From the NCBI GenBank assembly GCA_038065415.1, contig JBBTRA010000005.1, positions 8,079 to 72,078 of the forward strand: a stretch of 64,000 nt of DNA, in the 5' to 3' direction. The DNA comes from Patescibacteria group bacterium (GTDB lineage: Bacteria > Patescibacteriota > Minisyncoccia > Phycocordibacterales > PALSA-1337). This document shows positions 54,534-63,708 of this stretch, piece by piece. Positions within the stretch are counted from its first letter, which is position 1; every line of letters begins with the position of its first letter. Under the pieces are notes generated by a model. It was not told where the DNA came from. It did no database searches and saw nothing but the letters and a program-made list of their open reading frames with translations. A program made the translations under genes and the position numbers.

Positions 54534-56180
54534 ATGCGGTATACTTCTTCCATGATCGATCTCAAAAAGCTCAAATCCATCATCCATGGTGATGTTGATG
54601 TTTCAGATGAAGCTCTCCACGCAGCGAGTCATGACGCGAGTGTATTCGAAATCAAGCCTGAAGTAGTTGTCAGGCCCAAGAATGTAGAGGATCTGAAGTC
54701 TCTGGTGAGATTTGCCACTGAGCATCAGGGAGTGTATCTTGCGGCGCGCTCGGGCGGTACCGATATGTCCGGTGGTCCACTCACAACATCAGTCGTTGTC
54801 GATTTTTTGAAATATTTTGATCAGATCAAGAAAATTGGTGAAGGGTACGCAATCACTCAGCCAGGTGTCTACTATCGAGATTTTGACAAAGCTACACTCG
54901 AAAGTGGGTATATCATGCCTAGTTACCCAGCTTCCCGCGAGATATGCACGGTGGGTGGTATGGTGGCGAACAATTCCGGCGGCGAAAAAACACTTACCTA
55001 TGGCAAGACAGAAAGATATGTACGTCGTCTTAGAATGGTCTGTGCTGATGGTAACGAATATGAATTCAAGTCACTTTCAAAAAGTGAGTTAGAGGCAAAA
55101 AAGAAATTGTTAGGATTTGAAGGGGATCTGTATCGTAGGATGAGCGACCTTATTTCAGATAACAAAGATATCATTGAGAAAGCTCGCCCTATCGTTTCCA
55201 AGAATTCCTGCGGCTATTATTTATGGAATGTAAGAGATGTTTCCGGCGAAACCTTTGATCTGACCAAGCTCATCGTTGGTTCACAGGGGACCCTTGGCTT
55301 GATAACTGAGATCGAATTTGGCCTCGTGAAGCCAAAGAAACATGCGCGCCTACTCATCGTATTCCTCAAAGATCTGAAACTTCTTGGTGAGACAGCGACA
55401 CACATCCTGAAATTTAAACCCGAGAGCTTCGAGTCGTATGATGATCATACGTTCAAGATTGCCATCAAATTCTTGCCACAACTCATCAGACAGATGGGAG
55501 GAAACATCTTCAAGCTCGGCCTCGGATTCATTCCTGAAATGTTTGCCGTATTGACGGGCGGTGTTCCCAAGCTGGTTCTCATGGCTGAGTTTACCGCCGA
55601 TACTCCAGAAGAGGCGGTGAAGATGGCTGAAGAAGCCAAGGATTCTCTGAAGGGGTTGCATGAGAAATCTCGCGTCACAGAAACCGCTGAGGATGCCCAC
55701 AAGTATTGGGTCATACGCCGTGAGAGTTTCAACATGCTCCGCCATCATGTGAAGGAACTCCGTACGGCACCATTCATCGACGATTTTGCGGTGCTTCCCG
55801 AGAAGTTGCCCGAGTTTCTTCCGCGTCTGTACTCTATTCTTGATGAATACAAGCTGACGTATACCATCGCAGGACATGTGGGTGATGGTAATTTCCACAT
55901 CATTCCGCTGATGAATCTCCACGATCAACATTCACATGATGTCATAAAGGAGCTCTCGGTTAGAGTGTATGAACTCGTTCACGAGTTCAAGGGGACCATC
56001 ACGGCTGAGCACAACGATGGACTCATCCGCACGCCATTCGTCAAGATGCAATTTGGCGAGGAGGTTTACAAACTTTTTGAGCAGACCAAGAAGATCTGGG
56101 ATCCGCAGGGGATATTCAATCCAGGCAAGAAAGTAGGAACGACCTGGGAACAGGCGGTGGGGAAGATAGCGCACAAATAA
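54534..56180 (+). CDS. FAD-linked oxidase (GlcD / D-lactate dehydrogenase-like)
   Basis: The FAD_binding_4 N-terminal pattern 'VVVRPKNVEDLKSLVRFATEHQGVYLAARSGGTDMSGG' plus a C-terminal FAD-oxidase_C-like half. Confidence 0.7.
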   Translation: MRYTSSMIDLKKLKSIIHGDVDVSDEALHAASHDASVFEIKPEVVVRPKNVEDLKSLVRFATEHQGVYLAARSGGTDMSGGPLTTSVVVDFLKYFDQIKKIGEGYAITQPGVYYRDFDKATLESGYIMPSYPASREICTVGGMVANNSGGEKTLTYGKTERYVRRLRMVCADGNEYEFKSLSKSELEAKKKLLGFEGDLYRRMSDLISDNKDIIEKARPIVSKNSCGYYLWNVRDVSGETFDLTKLIVGSQGTLGLITEIEFGLVKPKKHARLLIVFLKDLKLLGETATHILKFKPESFESYDDHTFKIAIKFLPQLIRQMGGNIFKLGLGFIPEMFAVLTGGVPKLVLMAEFTADTPEEAVKMAEEAKDSLKGLHEKSRVTETAEDAHKYWVIRRESFNMLRHHVKELRTAPFIDDFAVLPEKLPEFLPRLYSILDEYKLTYTIAGHVGDGNFHIIPLMNLHDQHSHDVIKELSVRVYELVHEFKGTITAEHNDGLIRTPFVKMQFGEEVYKLFEQTKKIWDPQGIFNPGKKVGTTWEQAVGKIAHK

Positions 56181-56189
56181 TCTGCTTGT

Positions 56190-57002
56190 ATGACCGCTGA
56201 TTCCCGCATCTCCGTCAAGAATCTCACCAAGAAATATGGGAAGCTCGCTGCTGTAGACGATGTTTCTTTTGATGTTCCCGCAGGAAGCACCTTTGCTTTT
56301 CTTGGACCAAACGGTGCAGGTAAAACTACGACCATCAAGATGCTCACGACACTGGTTCCTCCGACATCTGGCACTATCATGGTGAACGGATTTGATCCCG
56401 CTATAGATTCTCATGGTGTGCGCCGCTCATTCGGCATCGTCTTTCAGGATCCTTCACTCGACGACGAACTCACTGCCTATGAGAATATGTTCTTCCATGC
56501 GGGTCTCTATGGTGTGCCGCGTGTCGAGACACCGGGAAGGATTAAGGAGATGCTCGAATTCGTCGAGCTCTGGGATCGTAAAGACAGTCAGACCAAGACT
56601 TTTTCGGGAGGAATGAAACGCCGCCTCGAGATTGCTCGTGGACTGCTTCATACGCCGAGCGTTCTGTTTCTCGATGAGCCGACCGTAGGTCTCGATCCAC
56701 AAACGCGCAACCATATCTGGTCCTATATCAAGAAGCTCAATACTGAGCGCGGTCTCACGGTTTTCTTCACCACCCACTATATGGAGGAGGTCGAGAAGAC
56801 AGCTGATCGTGTGGCAATCATCGATCATGGCAAGCTCGTAGCTATAGACACTGTTGAAGGGATCATCACTCAGGCGGGCACAACTTCTCTTGAAGAAGCC
56901 TTCATCAAGCTCACTGGACACACTATCCGAAGCGATGAGGCCAGCTCGGCTGAGAATTTCCGCCAAATGAGTAAGGTGTGGCGTGGTGCATCTCGACGAT
57001 AA
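56190..57002 (+). CDS. ABC transporter ATP-binding protein (ABC-2/DrrA type)
   Basis: Walker A 'GPNGAGKTTT'. Signature 'FSGGMKRRLEIA'. Walker B 'LFLDEPTVGLD'. Confidence 0.85.
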   Translation: MTADSRISVKNLTKKYGKLAAVDDVSFDVPAGSTFAFLGPNGAGKTTTIKMLTTLVPPTSGTIMVNGFDPAIDSHGVRRSFGIVFQDPSLDDELTAYENMFFHAGLYGVPRVETPGRIKEMLEFVELWDRKDSQTKTFSGGMKRRLEIARGLLHTPSVLFLDEPTVGLDPQTRNHIWSYIKKLNTERGLTVFFTTHYMEEVEKTADRVAIIDHGKLVAIDTVEGIITQAGTTSLEEAFIKLTGHTIRSDEASSAENFRQMSKVWRGASRR

Positions 57003-57006
57003 TTTT

Positions 57007-57765
57007 ATGAAATCGAATACTTTCTATATCATATACATCCTCTGGCTTCGTCAGATTAAACGCTATTTTAGGTCGAAGTCGCGCATTATTGGCTCTCTCG
57101 GTCAGCCCATCCTTTTCTTGGTCGCCCTCGGCTTCGGTCTTGGTCCGGTGTATGCCAAAGCTGGCGGAGGAGACTATATACAATTCCTCGCACCGGGCGT
57201 CATCGCCATGGGCATATTATTCACTTCCATATTTTCTGGTATCGAGATCATCTGGGACCGTCAGTTTGGCTTCCTCAAAGAAACACTTGTGGCTCCGGTC
57301 TCGCGACTCTCAATCATGTTAGGTAGAACGCTCGGTGGCGCGACCGTCGCGTGTCTCCAAGGTCTTGCGGTCTTGGCCATATCGTTCATTGCCGGTTTTC
57401 GCCCCGAACTGGCAATGCTTCCACTGGCCGTCGCTTTCATGATCGGTATCGCACTCGTTTTCACAGCGCTTGGTACGGCTATTGCCTCGGTCCTCGAAGA
57501 TATGCAAGGCTTCCAGCTCATCATGAATTTCGTGGTCATGCCGATTTTCTTCCTGTCAGGAGCACTCTTTCCCCTGGAGAGTTTGCCGGCAGCTATCAAA
57601 TTCCTCGTCAACATCAATCCGCTCAGCTATGGCGTCGACGGCCTCCGCTATGCACTTCTCGGTGCGTCTCACTTTAATTTGGGTACAGACATCGCTGTCT
57701 TATCCGGGTTCATCGTCGCTTTTGTTGGGGTAGGTGCATGGCTGTTCTCAAGGATCAAGGCGTAA
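57007..57765 (+). CDS. ABC-2 type transporter permease
   Basis: Six TM helices. It directly follows the ATPase gene. Start at ATG 57007, inside track ORF 56983-57765. Confidence 0.7.
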   Translation: MKSNTFYIIYILWLRQIKRYFRSKSRIIGSLGQPILFLVALGFGLGPVYAKAGGGDYIQFLAPGVIAMGILFTSIFSGIEIIWDRQFGFLKETLVAPVSRLSIMLGRTLGGATVACLQGLAVLAISFIAGFRPELAMLPLAVAFMIGIALVFTALGTAIASVLEDMQGFQLIMNFVVMPIFFLSGALFPLESLPAAIKFLVNINPLSYGVDGLRYALLGASHFNLGTDIAVLSGFIVAFVGVGAWLFSRIKA

Positions 57766-57787
57766 TCGAGGCGGTTAGCGTGCCGCA

Positions 57788-58258
57788 TTGAAAGCAGATT
57801 TTTTTAGTGGTAGCATGACTTCTAGTATGAGATGCGCATATTGTGAACTACCAGAAATAAAAGCTCGCGAAATCACCGGTAATGATCTGGCGTGGGTTTT
57901 TCCGACCAATATCCCGATTGTTCCCGGTCATATCCTGATTGCGCCCCGTCGGTGTGTGGCGAAGTACGAAGATCTGACGAGAGATGAAAAAGACGCGATT
58001 GAGTCATTGAGGGTATCTCTGGTGAAAGCACTCACGAAGCTCTTTGGTGCCGAAGGATTCAACTTTGCCTGGAATGATGGCAAACTCGCCGGACAATCGG
58101 TACCGCACTTCCATCTGCACGTACTTCCACGGAAGATGGGAGATGCGGGGATCTGGCAGTATGAACCGCGCCAATTTCTCTATCGCCCCGGAGAGCGAGA
58201 AGCTACCCCTGAAGCAGAACTTCTTGGGGTTGCCGAAAGTATTCGTGCTGCATTGTAA
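57788..58258 (+). CDS. HIT-family (histidine triad) protein
   Basis: 'VPHFHLHVLPR' (H-x-H-x-H-x-x). N-terminal 'CAYC' zinc-binding motif. The alternative start is ATG 57815. Confidence 0.7.
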   Translation: MKADFFSGSMTSSMRCAYCELPEIKAREITGNDLAWVFPTNIPIVPGHILIAPRRCVAKYEDLTRDEKDAIESLRVSLVKALTKLFGAEGFNFAWNDGKLAGQSVPHFHLHVLPRKMGDAGIWQYEPRQFLYRPGEREATPEAELLGVAESIRAAL

Positions 58259-58304
58259 CATCTGAGCCGCTCTCTGAGCGGATTTTTAATGGTAAAATTG
58301 TTCT

Positions 58305-58814
58305 ATGAAAAAAGTTACCGTCAATGATCGAATGCAGAAAGGATATGTCTACGAACTGACTGAGCCAGTCGGTCAGAACTTCCATCCTGACTTCAAGCCG
58401 CACCTTACGCCACAGGAGATGCTGGAGGTAGGTGTCTTCGGGGGGATATATATGCGTGACTGTCGGGATGAATTTCCAGTGGAATGGTTCGAGAAGGCGA
58501 AATTAGCCCCAGGGGGTAGTATGAAGCATGATCCGAAGATTAATTTCTTCGGCGTGAATGCGAGTCAGTCTCTCTCGGTCTGGAAAGCGAAAGGATGGAT
58601 ACATCCTGACGATCCGCGAGGGTGGTTTCAGTGGTATTGCAGGTATCATATGGGCCGCCGGCATGTTGATGACAAGAGGCAAATCAAGCGTTGGAAGAAT
58701 ATGGTCCGTCATGTCGCACAGATCGTCAACAAGTGCCGGCCTCGGGATTATTCCTGCAATACGCGACAGCGTCAGGCACTTCTCCACTGGGCATACGACA
58801 GTCGCAAGCTCTGA
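58305..58814 (+). CDS. Conserved hypothetical protein (Trp/Arg-rich)
   Basis: ORF containing 'GWIHPDDPRGWFQWYCRYHMGRR'. No family confidently recognised. Confidence 0.4.
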   Translation: MKKVTVNDRMQKGYVYELTEPVGQNFHPDFKPHLTPQEMLEVGVFGGIYMRDCRDEFPVEWFEKAKLAPGGSMKHDPKINFFGVNASQSLSVWKAKGWIHPDDPRGWFQWYCRYHMGRRHVDDKRQIKRWKNMVRHVAQIVNKCRPRDYSCNTRQRQALLHWAYDSRKL

Positions 58815-58843
58815 TATGGTATAATCCAACCATTGAAAAATAT

Positions 58844-59197
58844 ATGACTCCCGACCAATACGAACTCATCCTCATATTCATCTCCGTCATCGTCGGTGTC
58901 ATCACTGCCGCCTACTTCTATATATCAGCGGAATCATTCCCGCGCTTGCGCCTTTTCCAGAGCTCGCTCAAATATATTGCTCTCGGCATGTTCGTCATTG
59001 CGAGTGGCGTTCTTCTGGCAGCATTCATCTCATATGAAGCTAAGCAAGGGTTTGATCTCTTCTTGTACGGGATTCCGTTGCAAGCATTCTTCTATGTTCT
59101 CTATATTTTCGGTTCCATCTCTATTCTCATCGGTGCGCGCAAATTCACTGCACGACCCAAGGAGTCGGTTGTCGACGTATCTCTGCAGGCGCACTAA
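58844..59197 (+). CDS. Small membrane protein (117 aa)
   Basis: Three hydrophobic helices. Extended −10 'TGgTATAAT' at 58817-58825 upstream. The 5' part of track ORF 58691-59197 overlaps the previous gene. Confidence 0.4.
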   Translation: MTPDQYELILIFISVIVGVITAAYFYISAESFPRLRLFQSSLKYIALGMFVIASGVLLAAFISYEAKQGFDLFLYGIPLQAFFYVLYIFGSISILIGARKFTARPKESVVDVSLQAH

Positions 59198-59201
59198 GGT
59201 A

Positions 59202-59885
59202 TTACCACGGATACTTTTCTCCTTTGAACCAGAATTGTCCTGTTTCAGGATTTGAGACGGCGAGCTCATAGATGTGTCCGGCAGCTTCTTCGGGTGTCAT
59301 TGGCGCCTCATCGCCGCCCATATCCGTCTTGACCCAGCCCGGATGAACTGATGAGACGGTGAGGTTCTTGGCATCATTCGCCATGCGCGTGGCAAGGGTT
59401 CTCGTGTACATATTGATAGCTGCCTTTGATATCTTGTATGCGGGATAGTGGTAGGGGTAATGCGAAGTGCGGAGGTCTGCAGCACCTTCGAGAGAACCTG
59501 CAGATGAGGATATCTGCAGAATGTGCCCACCTGTATTCATGAGTGGGATGATGCGTTCCGTGAAATCAGTGGTCCCGATGAGGTTCACATCCAGTGTTTG
59601 TCTTAGTTTCTCGACAATAACGCTGGTGTCGTCGTTGTCTATCAGGATGCCTGCATTGTTGATGAGGATATCGAGCTTTGTTCCTGTCGCGGCTATTGAC
59701 CGTACGCATGATTCTATCGAATCTGTTTTGGAGAGATCCAGTGGATATGATGTTAGTTGATCATGAGTGTAGTCGAGCACCTCTCTGAGATATGTACCAA
59801 TAACCGCATGCCCTTCGGTCAGGAATTTTTGAGCTAAGGCCTTGCCGATACCGCGCCCGCTGCCGGTGATGAGGATTGTTTTCAT
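59202..59885 (-). CDS. SDR-family short-chain dehydrogenase/reductase
   Basis: 'ILITGSGRGIGKA' (TGxxxGxG). 'NNAG'. Catalytic 'YPAYKISKAA' (YxxxK). Confidence 0.8.
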   Translation of the reverse strand: MKTILITGSGRGIGKALAQKFLTEGHAVIGTYLREVLDYTHDQLTSYPLDLSKTDSIESCVRSIAATGTKLDILINNAGILIDNDDTSVIVEKLRQTLDVNLIGTTDFTERIIPLMNTGGHILQISSSAGSLEGAADLRTSHYPYHYPAYKISKAAINMYTRTLATRMANDAKNLTVSSVHPGWVKTDMGGDEAPMTPEEAAGHIYELAVSNPETGQFWFKGEKYPW

Positions 59886-59923
59886 GCTTGAATTATAGGG
59901 GATTGTCAGTATAATAGAAAGAC

Positions 59924-60092
59924 AATCTCATATATCCAGAGTGCAGGGAGGGAACTAGCCCCATGATCTGCCAGCAACCCTTTCATATCGGCCCGTTCAC
60001 GGAATCTGATGTGGAAGAAGGTGCTCCATCTAGCCCTTGCGGGAAAGATAATATACTCAATTATCAACCTCTTTCTCCTCGGGAAAGAGGTT
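59924..60092 (+). ncRNA. SAM-I (S-box) riboswitch with Shine-Dalgarno-sequestering hairpin
   Basis: P1 'CTCATATATC…'. 'AGAGTGCAGGGAGGGAACTAGCCCCATGATCTGCCAGCAACC' matches the S-box core (AGAGaGGcaGAGGGAcUGGCCCgAuGAagCCCGGCAACC). 'GGTGCTCCATCTAGCCCTTGCGGGAAAGAT' matches the P4/P1-3' region. A 10-bp hairpin AACCTCTTTC/GAAAGAGGTT at 60066-60092 pairs the GAAAGAGG ribosome-binding site 13 nt before ATG 60104. Confidence 0.65.
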
Positions 60093-60103
60093 GTGCTTAT
60101 ATT

Positions 60104-61225
60104 ATGAAAGGAAATGAACCAGTCGCGCCTATACTCGTGCGCAGTAAGACATACCGTTGGCCGGGTATTGATGCGGATCCACCCTACAAGTATTCACGAG
60201 GCGCGAATCCGACGAGGACTATTCTCGAAGAAGCGCTTATTAAAAATGAGGGTTTCTCAGGAAAGCTTCATGCTGCAACATTCGCTTCGGGAATAGCTGC
60301 TGAATCAGCATTCTTCCTATCGCTTTCACCGGGTGATAGGGTGTTGCTGTGTGATGAGATATATGGTGGCACATATCGTTTGTTCGATAAGGTACTCAAG
60401 CGGTTCGGTATCGAATGTGATTTTGCGGATTTCAATGATGTCGATCAGGTGCGCGCGAAAATCACGCCGAAGACCAAATACTTTTTTGTGGAGCCAATGA
60501 GTAATCCATCCCTTGTAGTTACTGATATGCAGAAAGTCTCGTATCTGTCACAGGAGACAGGTATTCCATTCGTAGTTGACGGCACATTCTGCCCAGCTCC
60601 TACATTCAATGCTTTTGAATACGGTGCCGAAGCGGTCATCTATAGTCTGAGCAAATATTTTTCAGGTCACAACGATGCGCTTGGCGGAGCAGTGTTAACG
60701 AAGAATGAAGTATTGCAGACGCATCTCAGGTTGATGCAGACAACACTCGGTGCAGTTCTTTCGCCCGACGAATGTTACCGAATCATCCAAGGGATGAAGT
60801 CACTACCGATCAGGTGGAGACATACCTCTGAAAGCGCACTTCAAGTCGCAGGATGGCTCAATGTGCACCCGAGCATAAAAAAAGTTTCATACCCAGATTT
60901 ACCTTCACATCCTCACCATGAGATTGCTCGTGCGCAGTTCCCGCGAGGTTGTGGAGCGGTGATCGCTTTTGAGCTAGTGGAAACTGAGAAATCAAAAATC
61001 TCAGCTTTTGTTGACAGGATTATTTCGACGGGATGTGTGGTATTCGGTGAAAGCCTTGCAAGTCCGGAGACGATATTGGCGTATCCGCGTATCATGAGCC
61101 ATAGGAGTCTTTCTGATGAACAACGCGCGGCGCTTGGTATCAGCGATGGGTCGTTCAGGTTGTCGGTTGGATTTGATGAATCAGAAAAAGTGATCGGGAG
61201 TTTCAAACAAGCTTTGGAAACCTGA
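60104..61225 (+). CDS. Cys/Met-metabolism PLP-dependent enzyme (cystathionine gamma-synthase/lyase or O-acyl-homoserine sulfhydrylase family)
   Basis: PLP-lysine motif 'YSLSKYFSGHNDALGG'. Fold-type I overall pattern. Preceded by a SAM riboswitch. Start at ATG 60104, inside track ORF 59963-61225. Confidence 0.8.
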   Translation: MKGNEPVAPILVRSKTYRWPGIDADPPYKYSRGANPTRTILEEALIKNEGFSGKLHAATFASGIAAESAFFLSLSPGDRVLLCDEIYGGTYRLFDKVLKRFGIECDFADFNDVDQVRAKITPKTKYFFVEPMSNPSLVVTDMQKVSYLSQETGIPFVVDGTFCPAPTFNAFEYGAEAVIYSLSKYFSGHNDALGGAVLTKNEVLQTHLRLMQTTLGAVLSPDECYRIIQGMKSLPIRWRHTSESALQVAGWLNVHPSIKKVSYPDLPSHPHHEIARAQFPRGCGAVIAFELVETEKSKISAFVDRIISTGCVVFGESLASPETILAYPRIMSHRSLSDEQRAALGISDGSFRLSVGFDESEKVIGSFKQALET

Positions 61226-61237
61226 TATACTATAGGC

Positions 61238-61744
61238 ATGTCGCAGACTCGTCTCGCCAAAGCATCGTATCTCCGTAGCTTCATCTTCGGGGTTGAAGAT
61301 AGCCTCGTCTCTACTGTTGGCCTCCTATCGGGTATTGCCATGGCTGGCGTCGCGCGTGGAACAATATTGACGACGGGTATTATCCTCATACTCGTCGAAG
61401 CGTTCTCAATGGCTGCAGGAAGTTTCCTCTCCGAAACATCGGTAGAGGAGTATCAGGGTATTTCACCCAACAGGGTGCCACTCATTGATGGGAGTATCAT
61501 GTTCATGTCATATGTTCTAGCAGGACTTGTCCCTCTTGTTCCGTATATGTATTTTGAGACTGACATAGCGTTTGAGATATCTATCGGACTCGCGCTTCTT
61601 GCGCTGTTGGTGCTCGGGATGTTCGGGGGTATGTATTCCAATTCTGCGAAGAAAAATGTTTTCCGACGAGGCATGAGGATGCTTCTCATTGGTGGAGTCG
61701 CTATCGTGGTCGGTGTTGTTGCAGGGAAGATTACAGGATTCTAA
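61238..61744 (+). CDS. VIT-family (CCC1-like) membrane protein
   Basis: 'FGVEDSLVSTVGLLSGIA' matches the VIT1/DUF125 signature. Five TM helices. Confidence 0.65.
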   Translation: MSQTRLAKASYLRSFIFGVEDSLVSTVGLLSGIAMAGVARGTILTTGIILILVEAFSMAAGSFLSETSVEEYQGISPNRVPLIDGSIMFMSYVLAGLVPLVPYMYFETDIAFEISIGLALLALLVLGMFGGMYSNSAKKNVFRRGMRMLLIGGVAIVVGVVAGKITGF

Positions 61745-61746
61745 TA

Positions 61747-62985
61747 CTACTCGTATCGGAGTGCCTCGATAGGATTGAGCTTTGATGCTCGCCGAGCAGG
61801 GTAATAGCCAAATACGATACCGATGAGTGCGGATACCCCGAAGGCAAGGGCAATCGATGTCGGGGATATTTGTGTCTGGAGGATACCGAGCGTGGTCACT
61901 ATGTACGCAGCAGACCAGCCGAGGATCACGCCGATAGTTCCACCGATCAATGTCAGCGCGACTGCCTCTACGAGGAATTGTGTATTGATGTCATGACGTT
62001 TTGCGCCGATAGCTTTGCGTAGACCGATTTCCTTGGTTCTTTCGGTCACAGTAGTGAGCATCATGTTCATGATACCGATACCTCCGACCAGGAGGGATAT
62101 CCCTGCAACTGCTGCAAGGAGTACGGTGAATGTACTCGTGACGCTTGAAGCTGCGGAGACGATATCGGCCTGGTTCAGCACATTGAAATCAGCATCTGCA
62201 GGGGTGTCGATGCGATGTCGTGCCAAGAGCAGTGCAGTGATATCGGTCTGCACCTGGGTCATGGCATCAGCCTCGCTTGCAGATATACTGAGGGATGTCA
62301 CATAGCTCGAATCTCCGATGAGGAACAGTTGTGCTGTTGAGAGAGGTATATAAATAGTATCGTCTTGGTTACCGAATCCTCCGCTACCTTTTGATGCGGC
62401 AAGACCAATAACTTTGAACTCCATGCCGTTGATGCGGATACTCTGACCGACGACTTGTGAGTCTCCGTCAACTTGTGAACCGAAAAGATCATCTCGTACG
62501 GTTGGACCGATAACAGCAACCTTTGACTTGCTGGCGACATCTTGATCTGAGATGAATGACCCTTCTTCTATAGATACATTATGCACGGTTGTATAGTCGG
62601 GTCGCGAACCAATAACAGATGTATTGGTGTTGGTGCCTTTGGCTGTGACTTGGTAGCGACCACTTACTTCAGGAGATATAGCACTTATATTCGCAACTTC
62701 AGTCTCGATCGCCTCAACATCCTTCATAGTGAGAGTCTTCGCAGCTCCTCGACCCGTTGATGCTCCGTAGCCAAAACTTCGAGTTGCACCAGGAGATACA
62801 ATGATGAGATTTGATCCGATAGACTGGATACTTGTCTGGATAGCGCTCTGAGCACCTTGGCCGATGGCTACCATGGTGATCACCGAACTGATACCGATGA
62901 TGATGCCCAGCATGGTGAGTGCCGTACGAACTTTATTCGCGGTCAGCGCAGAGAATGTTTCATGAAGGATGTCATTGGTTGTCAT
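61747..62985 (-). CDS. MacB/FtsX-type ABC transporter permease
   Basis: N-terminal TM helix, a large periplasmic domain, and a C-terminal three-TM FtsX domain. Its start is 2 nt after the stop of the ATPase gene (no overlap), giving a macA-macB-like order. Confidence 0.8.
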   Translation of the reverse strand: MTTNDILHETFSALTANKVRTALTMLGIIIGISSVITMVAIGQGAQSAIQTSIQSIGSNLIIVSPGATRSFGYGASTGRGAAKTLTMKDVEAIETEVANISAISPEVSGRYQVTAKGTNTNTSVIGSRPDYTTVHNVSIEEGSFISDQDVASKSKVAVIGPTVRDDLFGSQVDGDSQVVGQSIRINGMEFKVIGLAASKGSGGFGNQDDTIYIPLSTAQLFLIGDSSYVTSLSISASEADAMTQVQTDITALLLARHRIDTPADADFNVLNQADIVSAASSVTSTFTVLLAAVAGISLLVGGIGIMNMMLTTVTERTKEIGLRKAIGAKRHDINTQFLVEAVALTLIGGTIGVILGWSAAYIVTTLGILQTQISPTSIALAFGVSALIGIVFGYYPARRASKLNPIEALRYE

Positions 62986-62986
62986 A

Positions 62987-63691
62987 TCAGTTTTTGATGA
63001 TGCGCTTGGCGTGCTTCTTGCTGTCTTCTACTATCTCACCATCTTTTATGTGTATGATGCGATCAGCATGTTCAGCTACGTCTTTTTCATGAGTGATGAG
63101 TACGATGGTCCGGCCGAGTTCCTTGTTGAGTCTCTGGAATGTTCCGAGTACTATATTTCCTGTTTGCGAATCGAGGTTTCCAGTCGGTTCGTCGGCGAGG
63201 ATGAGAGTCGGATCGTTCACGAGTGCTCGTGCAATGGCGACGCGTTGTATCTGACCGCCGGAAAGTTGATTGGATTTGTGGTTGAATCGATCCTCGGTCA
63301 GTCCGGCGCTGGCGAGCGCCCGGTATGCGCGTGCTTCACGTTCATGTGGAGCTACTCCTGCATATATAAGAGGCAGAGTGACATTGCGGAGCACGGTGGC
63401 GCGGGGCAGGAGATTGAATGCTTGGAAGACGAAGCCGATACGATCTCGTCTGATCTCGGCAAGCTCATCATCTGAGAGTTTGGAGACGTCATGACCGTCG
63501 AGTTTATAGTGTCCCGAAGTTGGAGTATCGAGGGCGCCAAGGATGTGCATGAGTGTTGATTTGCCCGATCCGGAAGGTCCCATGATAGCTACAAACTCTC
63601 CATCCTCTATGGTGAAAGATACCCCGCGCAGTGCGTGCGTGGCGTTGTCTCCGCTCATATAGGTTTTTGTTATATTCTTTACTTCGATCAT
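62987..63691 (-). CDS. ABC transporter ATP-binding protein (MacB/LolD type)
   Basis: Walker A 'GPSGSGKSTL'. Signature 'LSGGQIQRVAIA'. Walker B 'ILADEPTGNLD'. Confidence 0.85.
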   Translation of the reverse strand: MIEVKNITKTYMSGDNATHALRGVSFTIEDGEFVAIMGPSGSGKSTLMHILGALDTPTSGHYKLDGHDVSKLSDDELAEIRRDRIGFVFQAFNLLPRATVLRNVTLPLIYAGVAPHEREARAYRALASAGLTEDRFNHKSNQLSGGQIQRVAIARALVNDPTLILADEPTGNLDSQTGNIVLGTFQRLNKELGRTIVLITHEKDVAEHADRIIHIKDGEIVEDSKKHAKRIIKN

Positions 63692-63708
63692 GGGGATGGC
63701 GTATGAAG

